Source: Flavonifractor porci (lineage in GTDB: Bacteria > Bacillota > Clostridia > Oscillospirales > Oscillospiraceae). Taken from it: DNA of 64,000 nt. The position numbers and the translations under genes were made by a program. How positions within the stretch are numbered: position 1 is the stretch's first letter; each line of letters opens with the position of its first letter. The notes under the pieces were generated by a model that was given only the letters and a program-made list of their open reading frames with translations, searched no databases and was not told the origin of the DNA. This document shows positions 18,968 to 26,939 of the stretch, one piece after another. The stretch is taken from assembly GCF_037572415.1 (NCBI RefSeq), contig NZ_JBBHLB010000005.1, forward strand, positions 150,050 to 214,049, written 5' to 3'.

Positions 18968-19639
18968 TCAGCCCTTCAGCTTCTCGATGGCGGCCTTGGC
19001 TGCTGCCTGCTCTGCCTCTTTTTTGCTGCGGCCCTTGCCCTGGCCGATTGGGGTACCGTTCAGGTCCACCTCCACCGAGAAGATCTTGGCGTGATCGGGG
19101 CCCTCGGCGCCGATGAGCTGATAGCCCAGCACCTGGCCACTCTCCCGCTGGACCAGCTCCTGCAGGGCAGTTTTGTAGTCCCGGCTGGCGCTCTTCTCCT
19201 CTTCCCGGTCCAGGATAAATTTCTGGATGATCTTACGGGCGGAGCCGATGCCGCCATCCAGGTAGACAGCAGCGATCACCGCCTCCACCGCGTCGGCCAC
19301 GATGGAGGGCCGCTCCCGGCCGCCGCCAGCATCCTCACCCTTGCCCAGTTTCAGGTAGGCCCCCAGGTCCAGCTGCTGGGCCACCTCCACCAGGCTGCCC
19401 TCGCACACCAGAGCTGCCCGGGTGCGGGTCAGATCCCCCTCGGGCAGATCGGGATGGGTGCGGAACAGGTAGTCCGCCGTCACCATACCCAGCACGGAGT
19501 CTCCCAGAAACTCCAACCGCTCATTGCTCTGGCACCCTCTCGCTTTATTCTCGTTGGCATAGGAGCTGTGGGTCAGAGCATTTTCCAACAGGGCCCGCTG
19601 GTTGAAGCGGTAACCCAGCTTTTCTTCCAAGGCTTCCAT
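18968..19639 (-). CDS. rnc: ribonuclease III
   Basis: ERLEFLGDSVL signature plus a C-terminal dsRBD (GPDHAKIFSVEV...GKGRSKKEAEQAAA). Confidence 0.95.
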   Translation of the reverse strand: MEALEEKLGYRFNQRALLENALTHSSYANENKARGCQSNERLEFLGDSVLGMVTADYLFRTHPDLPEGDLTRTRAALVCEGSLVEVAQQLDLGAYLKLGKGEDAGGGRERPSIVADAVEAVIAAVYLDGGIGSARKIIQKFILDREEEKSASRDYKTALQELVQRESGQVLGYQLIGAEGPDHAKIFSVEVDLNGTPIGQGKGRSKKEAEQAAAKAAIEKLKG

Positions 19640-19703
19640 GGCCGTCCCTCCCTTTCATGACAGGAGCCCCGCCGTCGGCGGGGCTCCCCAGTCTGATCCT
19701 GTG

Positions 19704-19943
19704 TCAGTCTTCCAGTTTGGACTTCAGATAGCGGACCAGGTCGGCCACGGTGGCAACGCCGGACAGGTCATCCTCGTCCATATTCTCCAGGCCGAACTCC
19801 TCTTCCACCGCCATGGTCAGTTCCACGATGTCCAGAGAGTCGGCGCCCAGGTCCTCGAAGGAGGTGTCCATGGTAATGCTGTCGGTTTCCACACCAAACT
19901 GCTCGGACAGCAGACCGGCAATCTTCTCAAAAATCATGTTCAT
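19704..19943 (-). CDS. acpP: acyl carrier protein
   Basis: 79 aa with the DLGADSLDIVEL phosphopantetheine attachment motif. Confidence 0.95.
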   Translation of the reverse strand: MNMIFEKIAGLLSEQFGVETDSITMDTSFEDLGADSLDIVELTMAVEEEFGLENMDEDDLSGVATVADLVRYLKSKLED

Positions 19944-19983
19944 CTACTCCTGTCGCATCCGTCGTCCGACGGCGTCTTTGCAT

Positions 19984-20005
19984 TTGCACTATGATAATAG
20001 TGCAA
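19984..20005 (-). promoter_or_regulatory. perfect 22-bp palindrome overlapping a candidate acpP promoter
   Basis: TTGCACTAT-GATA-ATAGTGCAA. The minus strand reads TTGACA, 18 nt, TATTAT, and the palindrome covers the -10 element. Confidence 0.5.
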
Positions 20006-20031
20006 GTCTTGAGGGCCTGTCAATAGGTAAC

Positions 20032-21069
20032 TCAAATTTTTTCCTCTGCGTTGGTAGGCAGGCGCATATATTCGATATTGTCCACCAGATCGTCGATCAT
20101 GCCGGAGGACGCAAAATCCCGGGCCTGACGGATGGCGTTCTTGATGGCGTAGTCATTAGAGGAACCATGAGCCTTGATCACCGGCTTGGAAATGCCGATG
20201 AGAGCGGTACCGCCCACCTCGCTGGAGTCCATCTTCTTTTTAAACTGCTTCAGTCCGCCGGACACCAGCACCGCAGCCAGCTTGGTCAGGAAGCTTTTCT
20301 TGAACATGGCCTTCAGTTCCTTGGCCATATACCCAGCGGTGCCCTCCATGGTCTTGAGGAAGATATTGCCCGAGTAGCCGTCGGACACAATGACATCTAC
20401 CTGGCCAAACACCGCCTCACGGGCCTCCACGTTGCCCACGAAGTGGATGCGCCCGGCCTTGTCGGCGGCGGTGAGCAGGGCGTGGGCCTCCCGCTGCAGG
20501 TCGGTGCCCTTGGAGGGTTCAGCGCCAATGTTCAACAAGCCCACCTTGGGCTCGGGGCGCTTGAGCACCCGCTCGGCGTAGTAGGAGCCCATAAAGGCGA
20601 ACTGGAGCAGGTACTCCGGAGTGCCCTCAGCGGTAGCGCCGCAGTCGATGAGCACCGCCCCGCCGGCACCGGTGGGCACCACAGGAGCCAGGGCGGCCCG
20701 GCGGATGCCGCGCACCCGCTTGATCATCAGGGTGGCGGCGGAGAGCAGGGCGCCGGTGCTGCCGGCGGACACGAAGGCATCGCCGTCCCCGTTTTTCAGC
20801 AGGTTGAGGCCCACGGTGAGGGAGGAGTCCTTCTTCTCCCGGAAGGCGGTGGCAGGGTTGCCGCACATCTCCACCACCTGGCTGGCGTGGGCGATCTCCA
20901 GGCCGGGAGGCAGCTCGTTGATACCGTCGTCCTTCAGGACCTTGAGGATATCCTCTCCCCGGCCCACCAGAATGACCTCCACCCCCAGCTCACGGACCGC
21001 GGCCAGTGCGCCCCGCACATTGGAAGCCGGCGCGTTGTCGCCCCCCATGGCGTCTACGATGATCTTCAT
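20032..21069 (-). CDS. plsX: phosphate acyltransferase
   Basis: MKIIVDAMGGDNAP N-terminus; 345 aa; adjacent to acpP. Confidence 0.95.
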   Translation of the reverse strand: MKIIVDAMGGDNAPASNVRGALAAVRELGVEVILVGRGEDILKVLKDDGINELPPGLEIAHASQVVEMCGNPATAFREKKDSSLTVGLNLLKNGDGDAFVSAGSTGALLSAATLMIKRVRGIRRAALAPVVPTGAGGAVLIDCGATAEGTPEYLLQFAFMGSYYAERVLKRPEPKVGLLNIGAEPSKGTDLQREAHALLTAADKAGRIHFVGNVEAREAVFGQVDVIVSDGYSGNIFLKTMEGTAGYMAKELKAMFKKSFLTKLAAVLVSGGLKQFKKKMDSSEVGGTALIGISKPVIKAHGSSNDYAIKNAIRQARDFASSGMIDDLVDNIEYMRLPTNAEEKI

Positions 21070-21125
21070 ATGGTTCTCCTCTTCTTTCTATGTTCTTTCC
21101 GTATCTGGTATGGGGCAAATCCGGG

Positions 21126-21203
21126 ACGGGCGACCATAAAGGTCGCTCCTACGGGGAAGTTCCGTGCCTCTGCTCGTAGGGGCGACCCTTGTGGTCGCCC
21201 GCG
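21126..21203. repeat. REPIN-like doublet of GGGGCGACC-type palindromic units
   Basis: Unit at 21175-21203 is CGTAGGGGCGACCCTTGTGGTCGCCCGCG. An inverted, slightly diverged copy lies at 21126-21156. The same unit recurs at 23329-23359. Confidence 0.75.
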
Positions 21204-21209
21204 TTCCCC

Positions 21210-21461
21210 TTACCGCCCCTGCTGCCCGTCTGTCAGGGGACGGGGTTCGTCAATCAGGCCCAGCAGATAATCCGCCGACACATTGTAATGCTCACACAGC
21301 TGGGCCAGTTTGGCAAAGGTTGACGCTTTCCGTCCATTTTCCATTTCACCGATCTGATTTGGTTTGATCCCCAGCAATTCTGCCAGCTCCTGCTGAGTCT
21401 CGCCCCGCAGTTTTCGCAGTTCCTTCAACCGTATGCCAAATAACTCGTTGGAGTACACCAA
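21210..21461 (-). CDS. XRE-family helix-turn-helix transcriptional regulator
   Basis: 83 aa. IRLKELRKLRGETQQELAELLGIKPNQIGEMENGRK is the HTH_3 pattern. Confidence 0.85.
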   Translation of the reverse strand: MVYSNELFGIRLKELRKLRGETQQELAELLGIKPNQIGEMENGRKASTFAKLAQLCEHYNVSADYLLGLIDEPRPLTDGQQGR

Positions 21462-21469
21462 ATCCCCCC

Positions 21470-21518
21470 TTGACGACCCCCACTAATAGCGTGTATAATA
21501 AATACACGCTATTAGTGG
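21470..21518 (+). promoter_or_regulatory. promoter plus perfect 18-bp inverted-repeat operator in a divergent intergenic region
   Basis: TTGACG (21470-21475), 18 nt, TATAAT (21494-21499). The inverted repeat CCCCACTAATAGCGTGTA-TAATAAA-TACACGCTATTAGTGGGG overlaps the spacer and -10. Confidence 0.65.
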
Positions 21519-21527
21519 GGTTGTGAT

Positions 21528-21767
21528 ATGAACCTTTTGATTTCCGACCTGTTCTCCCTGTCTCAGGAGCATTTCCCCGCCGTCCCCGACGCTGAGGACT
21601 CCTCCCGCCAGCGGCTGCTGTCCCGGCATCTGGATGCCGTCAGGGGCAGTCTGGGGGAGGATTTTGTGGACAAGCTACGGGACCTCACGGATGAGCAGGG
21701 CCTGCGGGATCAGGAGGCCGCCTTTCTCCAGGGCCTGAGGCTGGGCCTCTCCCTCCACCGTCTGTAG
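21528..21767 (+). CDS. small helical hypothetical protein paired with the XRE regulator
   Basis: 79-aa ORF directly downstream of the promoter/operator. The C-terminal EAAFLQGLRLGLSL resembles, from memory only, the F-x-x-G-[FL]-R-L-G tail of small proteins often encoded next to XRE genes in Clostridia (possibly DUF6809-like). Confidence 0.5.
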   Translation: MNLLISDLFSLSQEHFPAVPDAEDSSRQRLLSRHLDAVRGSLGEDFVDKLRDLTDEQGLRDQEAAFLQGLRLGLSLHRL

Positions 21768-21788
21768 GGGCCGATGCCCTCATCGGCC

Positions 21789-21860
21789 CTCCACATCCAG
21801 TCCCGCCAGCGCTTCCAAGGCTCGCTTACTCAATTCAGCGTTCTTGTTCCGCTTGTTCCC
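21789..21860 (-). pseudogene. orphan diverged copy of the trmFO 3' terminus
   Basis: Encodes GNKRNKNAELSKRALEALAGLDVEGR* against GKRNKNAELSKRALEMLAGLDVE* for the functional end at 22006-22080. Most differences are synonymous. Confidence 0.8.
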
Positions 21861-22005
21861 CACGGAAATCATATTTCCGTGGGAGCCCCGATCCTTAAAT
21901 CTGCTCGGGCGAAGTGAATTCGCCCGGCATCAAGATTTTGCTTCGCAAAATACTTGGCGCCGCACGGCGGCGGGTCGCTTTCGCTCCCGGGCAAGCGGAC
22001 GCGCC
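21858..22005 (-). repeat. multi-hairpin repeat element, copy 2 (3' of trmFO)
   Basis: Core matches the other copies, with compensatory stem changes. GGGCAAGCGGA (21989-21999) is the reverse complement of trmFO 22068-22078. Confidence 0.85.
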
Positions 22006-23310
22006 TTATTCTACATCCAGTCCCGCCAGCATTTCCAGAGCCCGCTTACTCAATTCGGCATTCTTATTCCGCTTGCCCTTGACCTTATAGCCCAGAGGCG
22101 GGATGATGCCGAAATTCACGTTCATGGGCTGGAAATCGGTAACGCTCTCATTGCTGATATACAGAGCCAGCGCGCCGGTGGCGGTCTCCTGAGGGAAATC
22201 CACCGGCGGCTTGCCGGTGAGCCGCCGGGCCAGCTCCACCGCCGCCAGGAAGCCGGAGGCGGTGGACTCCACATAGCCCTCCACGCCGGTGATCTGCCCG
22301 GCAAAGCAGATACGCGGGTCCTTCTTCACCCGGTAATACCGGTCCAGCAGCCGGGGAGAATCCAGATAGGTGTTGCGGTGCATGACGCCGTAGCGGACAA
22401 ACTCCGCGTTTTTCAGGGCGGGGATCATGGAAAACACCCGCTTCTGCTCCGGCCACTTCAGGTGGGTCTGGAAGCCCACCAGATTGTAGATGGTGCCGTC
22501 AGCGTTATCCCGCCGCAGCTGCACCACAGCGAAGGGCTCCTTGCCGGTCTTGGGGTCCCGCAGACCACGGGGCTTCAGTGGCCCGTAGCACAGGGTCTGC
22601 TTGCCCCGGCGGGCCATGACCTCCACCGGCATACAGCCCTCAAACACATTCTTGTCCTCAAAACCGTGGACCTCCGCCTCCTGGGCGGCACACAGCTCGG
22701 TCCAGAATGCGTCGTACTCCTCCTCGGTCATGGGGCAGTTGATGTAGTCCGGAGTGCCCTTGTCGTAGCGGGAGGCAAAGAAGGCGCTCTCCATGTCCAC
22801 GCTCTCAAAGGTGACCAGAGGGGCGGCGGCGTCAAAGAAGTTGAGGTAGTGGCTCTCCGGGAAGAAATCCTTAATGGCATCCGCCAGCACGTCGGAGGTC
22901 AGGGGCCCGGAGGCCACAATCACGTTGCCCTCTTCGGGAATCCGGGTGACTTCCTCCTCCACCACTGTGATGAGGGGATGATTGCGGATCTTCTCGGTGA
23001 TGGCCTGAGCAAAGCCGTGGCGGTCCACCGCCAGGGCGCCGCCGGCCTCCACCCTGTGCTCGTCGGCGCAGGACAGGATGAGGGAACCCATCCGCCGCAG
23101 CTCCTCCTTCAGCAGGCCCACCGCGTTCTCCAGCTGGTCGGAGCGCAGGGAGTTGGAGCACACCAGCTCGCCGAACCACTGGGTGTGGTGGGCGGGGGTC
23201 ATTTTGTGGGGCTTCATTTCCTTCAGGATCACGGGGATGCCCCGCCGGGCCAGCTGCCACGCAGCCTCACACCCGGCCAGACCCGCGCCGATCACGCGTA
23301 CAGGTTCCAT
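22006..23310 (-). CDS. trmFO: methylenetetrahydrofolate--tRNA-(uracil-5-)-methyltransferase
   Basis: VIGAGLAGCEAAWQLA FAD-binding N-terminus; 434 aa; conserved topA-trmFO synteny. Confidence 0.95.
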   Translation of the reverse strand: MEPVRVIGAGLAGCEAAWQLARRGIPVILKEMKPHKMTPAHHTQWFGELVCSNSLRSDQLENAVGLLKEELRRMGSLILSCADEHRVEAGGALAVDRHGFAQAITEKIRNHPLITVVEEEVTRIPEEGNVIVASGPLTSDVLADAIKDFFPESHYLNFFDAAAPLVTFESVDMESAFFASRYDKGTPDYINCPMTEEEYDAFWTELCAAQEAEVHGFEDKNVFEGCMPVEVMARRGKQTLCYGPLKPRGLRDPKTGKEPFAVVQLRRDNADGTIYNLVGFQTHLKWPEQKRVFSMIPALKNAEFVRYGVMHRNTYLDSPRLLDRYYRVKKDPRICFAGQITGVEGYVESTASGFLAAVELARRLTGKPPVDFPQETATGALALYISNESVTDFQPMNVNFGIIPPLGYKVKGKRNKNAELSKRALEMLAGLDVE

Positions 23311-23328
23311 AGGTTCTCCTTTTCAGCC

Positions 23329-23359
23329 CGTAGGGGCGACCCTTGCGGCCGCCCCTACG
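23329..23359. repeat. single GGGGCGACC-type REP-like hairpin overlapping the topA stop codon
   Basis: CGTAGGGGCG-ACCCTTGCGGC-CGCCCCTACG. The topA TAG (23357-23355) lies in the right arm. Confidence 0.75.
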
Positions 23360-25676
23360 ATTCCGCTTTCTGTTTGGCGGCAGGCTTCCTGGCCGCCGTC
23401 TTTTTTGTTGTGGTCTTTTTGGCGGCGGCAGTCTTTTTGGCGGCCGTCGTCTTCTTGGTGGCGGTCTTTTTCGCCGCCGTCTTCTTGGCGGGCTTCTTCT
23501 CCTCCTCGGGGGGAGCGCCCTCCGCAGGAGTCTCCGTGGCGGCGGTGGTCTTTTTCTTATAGCCCCGCTGGTCCTCGGGCAGGAAGTTGGGGCACTCGGG
23601 GTTGATGCAGAAGGGCTTCTTGAACCCACGGCCCGACTTCTTAAACAGGGTATGGCCGCACTCGGGACAGTTGTCCTTCACAGGTACATCCCAGGTCATA
23701 AAGTCGCAGCGGCGGGCCTCATCCTTATTGGAGTTGTTCTCGCAGCCATAATAGGCATAGCCCCGCTTGGAGGTCTTTTTCAGAATCTTGCCGCCGCACT
23801 TGGGGCACTTGCCCGGCATCTCGATGACGATGGGCTGGGTGTGGTCGCACTCCGGCCAGCCGGGACAGGCCAGGAACCTGCCAAACCTGCCGGATTTATA
23901 TACCAGATTGCGGCCGCACTTGGGACAGATCACGTCGGACACCTCGTCGGGCACCTTGATGCGCTCGCCGTCCAGGTCCTGCTCTGCCTGCTTCAGTTCC
24001 TTCTCAAAGCCGCCGTAGAACTGGCTCAGCAGACTCTTCCAGTCCACCTTGCCGGTCTCCACCTCGTCCAGCTGCTCCTCCATGTTGGCGGTGAAGGCGG
24101 TATCCACAATATCGGTGAATTTGTCCTTCATCAGGCCGGTGACCACCTCGCCCAGAGGGGTGGGCCGCAGGTTTTTGCCCTCCTTCACCACATACTCCCG
24201 GTCCAGGATGGTGGAGATGGTGGGGGCGTAGGTGGAGGGGCGTCCGATGCCCTTCTCCTCCAGGGCCTTGATGAGGGTGGCCTCGGTGTAGCGGCTGGGG
24301 GGCTGGGTGAAGTGCTGGTCAGGGGTTAACCCCTTCAGCTCCAGGGGCTCCCCCTCCTTCAGGTCAGGCAGGGGGGACTGGAAAGTCTCGTCCTCCTCGT
24401 CCTTGCCCTCCACGTACACGGCAGTGTAGCCGGAGAACTTGAGGGAGGAGTGGGTGGCCCGGAAGGTATAGCCGGCGGACTCCACCTCGATGGACACGCT
24501 GTCATAGATGGCGGAAGCCATCTGGCAGGCCAGAAAGCGGCTCCAAATCAATTTATAGAGCTTGTACTGCTCGGCGGTGAGGGACTTTTTGATGTCCTCC
24601 GGAGTGAGGGCCACGTTGGAGGGCCGGATGGCCTCGTGGGCGTCCTGGGCCCCCGACTTGGTCTTGTACACCCGGGGCTTGCCGGGGTAGTACTGCTCCC
24701 CGTAACGGGACAGGATGAAATCCCGGGCGGCGGCGGTAGCCTCGTCGGACAGACGGAGGGAATCGGTACGCATATAGGTGATGAGACCCACGGTACCCTC
24801 GCCCTCAATGTCCACGCCTTCATAGAGCTGCTGGGCGATGGACATGGTGCGCCGGGGGGTCATGTTCAGCTTGCGGCTGGCCTCCTGCTGGAGGGTAGAG
24901 GTGATGAAGGGGGGCGCCGGGTTGCGCTGCTTGTCCTGGCGCTTGACGCTCTTCACAGAGAAGGGGGCAGCCTGGACGGCCAGGGCCACTTCCTGAACGG
25001 CCTGTTCGCTGTTCAGTTCCATCTTCTTCTCTCTGCCGTAGAAGCTGGCCTTGAACTGCCCCAGATTGGGGGAGATACGGGCCAGATCGGCCTCCAGGGA
25101 CCAGTATTCCTGAGGCACGAAGGCCTTGATGTCTGCCTCCCGCTCACACACCAGCCTGGTGGCCACCGACTGTACCCGGCCGGCGGACAGGCCCCGGCGG
25201 ATCTTTTTCCACAGCAGGGGGGAGATCTGATAGCCCACGATGCGGTCCAGCACCCTTCTCGCCTGCTGGGCATTGACCAGGTCCATGTCGATGGCACGGG
25301 GGTGGGCGATGGAGTCATTGACCACCTTCTTGGTGATCTCGTTGAAGGTCACCCGGTAGGTCTTGTCGTCAGGAATCCCCAGCATCTCCTTCAGATGCCA
25401 GGAGATGGCCTCTCCTTCCCGGTCAGGGTCGGTGGCCAGAAATACTTTATCGCTCTTCTTGGCGGCCTTGGTCAGGTCGTCGATGACCTCTTCCTTGCCC
25501 TTGATGGGCTGATAGTCCACCGTGAAGTCGTTGTCCACATCCACGCCCAGCTTGCTTTTGGGCAGGTCCCGGACATGGCCCATGGAGGCCTTCACCTGAT
25601 AGCCGGGCCCCAGATATTTGCCAATGGTCTTGGCCTTCGCCGGGGACTCGACGATCACCAGATTCGATTTCGCCAC
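23355..25676 (-). CDS. topA: DNA topoisomerase I with zinc ribbons and a Lys/Thr/Ala-rich tail
   Basis: TOPRIM N-terminus (LVIVESPAKAKTIGKYLG), the active-site region, several C4 zinc ribbons, and a C-terminal KKTAAKKTATKKTTAAKK low-complexity tail. Confidence 0.95.
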   Translation of the reverse strand: MAKSNLVIVESPAKAKTIGKYLGPGYQVKASMGHVRDLPKSKLGVDVDNDFTVDYQPIKGKEEVIDDLTKAAKKSDKVFLATDPDREGEAISWHLKEMLGIPDDKTYRVTFNEITKKVVNDSIAHPRAIDMDLVNAQQARRVLDRIVGYQISPLLWKKIRRGLSAGRVQSVATRLVCEREADIKAFVPQEYWSLEADLARISPNLGQFKASFYGREKKMELNSEQAVQEVALAVQAAPFSVKSVKRQDKQRNPAPPFITSTLQQEASRKLNMTPRRTMSIAQQLYEGVDIEGEGTVGLITYMRTDSLRLSDEATAAARDFILSRYGEQYYPGKPRVYKTKSGAQDAHEAIRPSNVALTPEDIKKSLTAEQYKLYKLIWSRFLACQMASAIYDSVSIEVESAGYTFRATHSSLKFSGYTAVYVEGKDEEDETFQSPLPDLKEGEPLELKGLTPDQHFTQPPSRYTEATLIKALEEKGIGRPSTYAPTISTILDREYVVKEGKNLRPTPLGEVVTGLMKDKFTDIVDTAFTANMEEQLDEVETGKVDWKSLLSQFYGGFEKELKQAEQDLDGERIKVPDEVSDVICPKCGRNLVYKSGRFGRFLACPGWPECDHTQPIVIEMPGKCPKCGGKILKKTSKRGYAYYGCENNSNKDEARRCDFMTWDVPVKDNCPECGHTLFKKSGRGFKKPFCINPECPNFLPEDQRGYKKKTTAATETPAEGAPPEEEKKPAKKTAAKKTATKKTTAAKKTAAAKKTTTKKTAARKPAAKQKAES

Positions 25677-25691
25677 AGTACGATACTCCTT

Positions 25692-26915
25692 TTATTCTTG
25701 TTCCTCGAAACGGACGGCGGCGGCAAACCGCCGGCCCGGTAATTCCTTCAGATAGCCCCCAGCCTGCAGCAGGGTGAGGGCGGTATTGACCCGGCGGGCG
25801 GGGATCTCCGTCTGCCCTACGATCTCATCGGCGGTGAGGGGCTTTTCACTGAGCAGGAAGAAAATCTCCCGCTGCTCCTCCCCCATCTGCTCCAGACCGC
25901 TGCGGGGGACCACAGGCAGCCCCTCCTCCTGGGCGGGCTTTGCGGGTTTTGGCTCAGGCTCCGGCGGCGGGGTTGGCATAACCTCCAGCCGCTGGTCCGC
26001 CTCCTCGGCGGTCATAGGCTGGGGCCGGCACAGTTTGTAGGCATATCGCCCCACATACTCACACAGGATATCCCCGGCGGTACGCACCAGTTTGGCCTCG
26101 CCCTGAGCGATGAGCCGGTTGGTCCCGGCGCTGGTGGCGGCATCCACCGGCCCCGGGACCGCAAACACGTCCCGGCCCTGATCCAGGGCGTCATGGGCGG
26201 TGATAAGGGCGCCGCTGCGCTCTCCCGCCTCCACGGCCACCACACCCAGGCACAGACCGCTGAGGATACGGTTACGCAGAGGGAACCGCCAACCGTCCGG
26301 CCGGGTGCCCGGCGGATTCTCCGACAGGATGGCGCCTCGGGCCGCCACATCCTCGTAGAGCCAGCTGTTGCAGGCGGGATAGACCACATCCACACCGCCG
26401 GCCAGCACCGAGACCACAGGTCCACCGCCCTGGAGCGCTCCCTTCAGGGACGCGGCGTCGATCCCCTGAGCCAGCCCGGATACCACCAGCGCACCCGCCC
26501 GGGCCAGGCCCATGGCGATCCGCCCGGCGGTCCGCACACCGTAGGCGGAGCACTGGCGGGAGCCCACCATTGCAATGGCGACTTCTTCATCAAAGCGGAA
26601 CAGCCTTCCCTTGCCGTAGAGCACCAGGGGATAATCGCTCAGCTGGAGCAGCCGCTCCGGGTAGGCTCCATCCTGACAACTGAGCAGAAACAGCCCCAGC
26701 CGGTCGCAGTTCTCCAGAATCCGATTGGTCTGATCCAGAGATTTGTCACACAGGGATCGCCTGGCCTCCTGGGTCAGGCGCAAAGGCTCATAGGCCTCCC
26801 GGTCGGCAAAGTACACCCGCTCGGCACCGCCGAAATAGTCCAGCAGCTCCACCTGGTGCTGCTGAGACAGGCCCCGCCGGGTGGAGAGCCAAAGCAGATA
26901 TTGAATGCCCGCCAC
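25692..26915 (-). CDS. dprA: DNA-processing protein DprA (Smf)
   Basis: Rossmann-like core (AMVGSRQCSAYG...VVSGLAQGIDA...GERSGALITA) plus a C-terminal winged-helix-like extension. Confidence 0.9.
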   Translation of the reverse strand: MAGIQYLLWLSTRRGLSQQHQVELLDYFGGAERVYFADREAYEPLRLTQEARRSLCDKSLDQTNRILENCDRLGLFLLSCQDGAYPERLLQLSDYPLVLYGKGRLFRFDEEVAIAMVGSRQCSAYGVRTAGRIAMGLARAGALVVSGLAQGIDAASLKGALQGGGPVVSVLAGGVDVVYPACNSWLYEDVAARGAILSENPPGTRPDGWRFPLRNRILSGLCLGVVAVEAGERSGALITAHDALDQGRDVFAVPGPVDAATSAGTNRLIAQGEAKLVRTAGDILCEYVGRYAYKLCRPQPMTAEEADQRLEVMPTPPPEPEPKPAKPAQEEGLPVVPRSGLEQMGEEQREIFFLLSEKPLTADEIVGQTEIPARRVNTALTLLQAGGYLKELPGRRFAAAVRFEEQE

Positions 26916-26939
26916 GGCGGAGCCTCCTCTCTTGTTGGC

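Noticed and set aside
21858-22005. Hammerhead, twister or other known self-cleaving ribozyme assignment for the repeat core
   Set aside because: I could not find the conserved catalytic-core sequences of these classes by eye. The question is left open for covariance-model testing.
23380-23520. Short tandem repeats (GCCGCCGTCTTCTTGG-like) that could be mistaken for a repeat array
   Set aside because: They lie inside topA and encode its Lys/Thr/Ala-rich tail. They are coding low-complexity sequence, not a CRISPR array or satellite.
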